From Octopus sinensis (lineage: Eukaryota): a stretch of 64,000 bases of DNA. The stretch lies in assembly GCF_006345805.1 (NCBI RefSeq), contig NC_043007.1, positions 18,848,001 to 18,912,000 on the forward strand. The letters run 5' to 3'. The notes beneath the pieces are model-generated. The model had not been told where the DNA came from. It did not search any database and saw only the letters and a program-made list of their open reading frames with translations. The first letter of the stretch is position 1, and each line of letters opens with the position of its first letter. The position numbers were made by a program, and so were the translations under genes. Below, piece by piece: positions 63,054 through 64,000 of this stretch.

Positions 63054-63475
63054 TACATCTCCTTACAACTCTTTATATCTTTATCCTCTACATTTTTATA
63101 TTATTCTATACTTACACTTTTTATACATTTTTTATCCCTCGTCCCGAACTCTCGCCCCTCCATCTTCACCTCTATATATGTATTTATTTATTTACATTAC
63201 CTCAACATCCAATTTTCCTCATTCTACATTGAGAGAAGAAAGAGATGGACGCTTCAATTCTATGCTGCTGCCGCATTATGTCGTACGTGAATGAGAGGAT
63301 TTGCATCCCCAACCAAGAATTTTTGATGTAACACATGTCCTTGTGGAAGCTGTTGTGCGCGGCTGAAGAAGGCCACAGACATACATTATGCATTGTATAA
63401 ATCTGTCTAATAAAGGCTCGAAACATATGTACCGCTGAATCCTTCGCATCATGTTTTTATTTTATTTTGATCAAT
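63054..63475 (+). mobile_element. Penelope-like terminal repeat, right arm
   Basis: Inverted partner of 62184-62603; ends in an (AT)n tract. Confidence 0.7.
63359..63435 (+). ncRNA. Type-I hammerhead ribozyme motif (Penelope-like terminus)
   Basis: Stem I GCGG/CCGC; core CUGAAGA (63363-69); extended stem II; GAAA (63420-23); palindromic stem III ACAUAUGU; GUA site after 63431. Confidence 0.8.
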
Positions 63476-63483
63476 ATATATAT

Positions 63484-63577
<94 letters not shown>

Positions 63578-63673
63578 TAATCCAAACGGGAAAACAGAAA
63601 AAACAACAACACGTGGAACAATTAAAGTATTATTATTAGGCGCTCAGGAAAGAGGGAATATATATATATACAT

Positions 63674-63836
63674 ACGATGGGCTTCTTTCAGTTTCCGTCT
63701 ACCAAATCCACTCACAATGCTTTGGTCGGCTCGAGCCTATAGTAGAAGACACTTGCCCAAGGTGCCACGCAGTGGGACTGAACCCGGAACCATGTGGTTG
63801 GTAAGCAAGCTACTTACCACTCAGCCACTCCTGTGC
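63674..63836 (-). mobile_element. Family A SINE 5' half
   Basis: Head and CORE-like body. Confidence 0.85.
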
Positions 63837-64000
63837 CTTATGGAATGTTTTCTTCCTTTTGTATTGGTTATTATGTTCATCGGTTCCATTCTAATGTTAT
63901 TTTATTAAGGCGTTGTCCGCGGTTGTCGCCGTACCATTTGCCAATGTCTTGACTTCTCTAAATTTTTATTGAGCGGTTTTGTTGTTTTTCTGTGTTTCGC

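Overview
Eukaryotic, very repeat-dense genomic DNA. The SINE families and microsatellite load point to an octopus (coleoid cephalopod); this is inference, as no search was run. Only one host gene segment is supported: the terminal coding exon (37031-37501, +) of a RhoU/RhoV (Wrch/Chp)-type atypical Rho GTPase. Its upstream exons were not found, so they lie in the 100-N gap (21418-21517) or upstream of the window. The rest consists of tRNA-derived SINEs (CORE-like and Meta-like bodies, several swappable tails), CR1-like and RTE LINE fragments, mariner and MITE-type elements, and long microsatellites. Most notable are about ten minimal type-I hammerhead-ribozyme motifs with palindromic stem III, carried by at least six Penelope-like terminal-repeat families. 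These include a near-perfect 420-bp inverted pair at 62.2-63.5 kb and a family with a core A6->U substitution. Also notable is a head-to-tail SINE multimer array at 11.7-13.3 kb whose junction recurs at other loci. Most ORFs in the supplied track are microsatellite artefacts. Repeat boundaries are read by eye and approximate to roughly 10-20 bp unless stated exactly.
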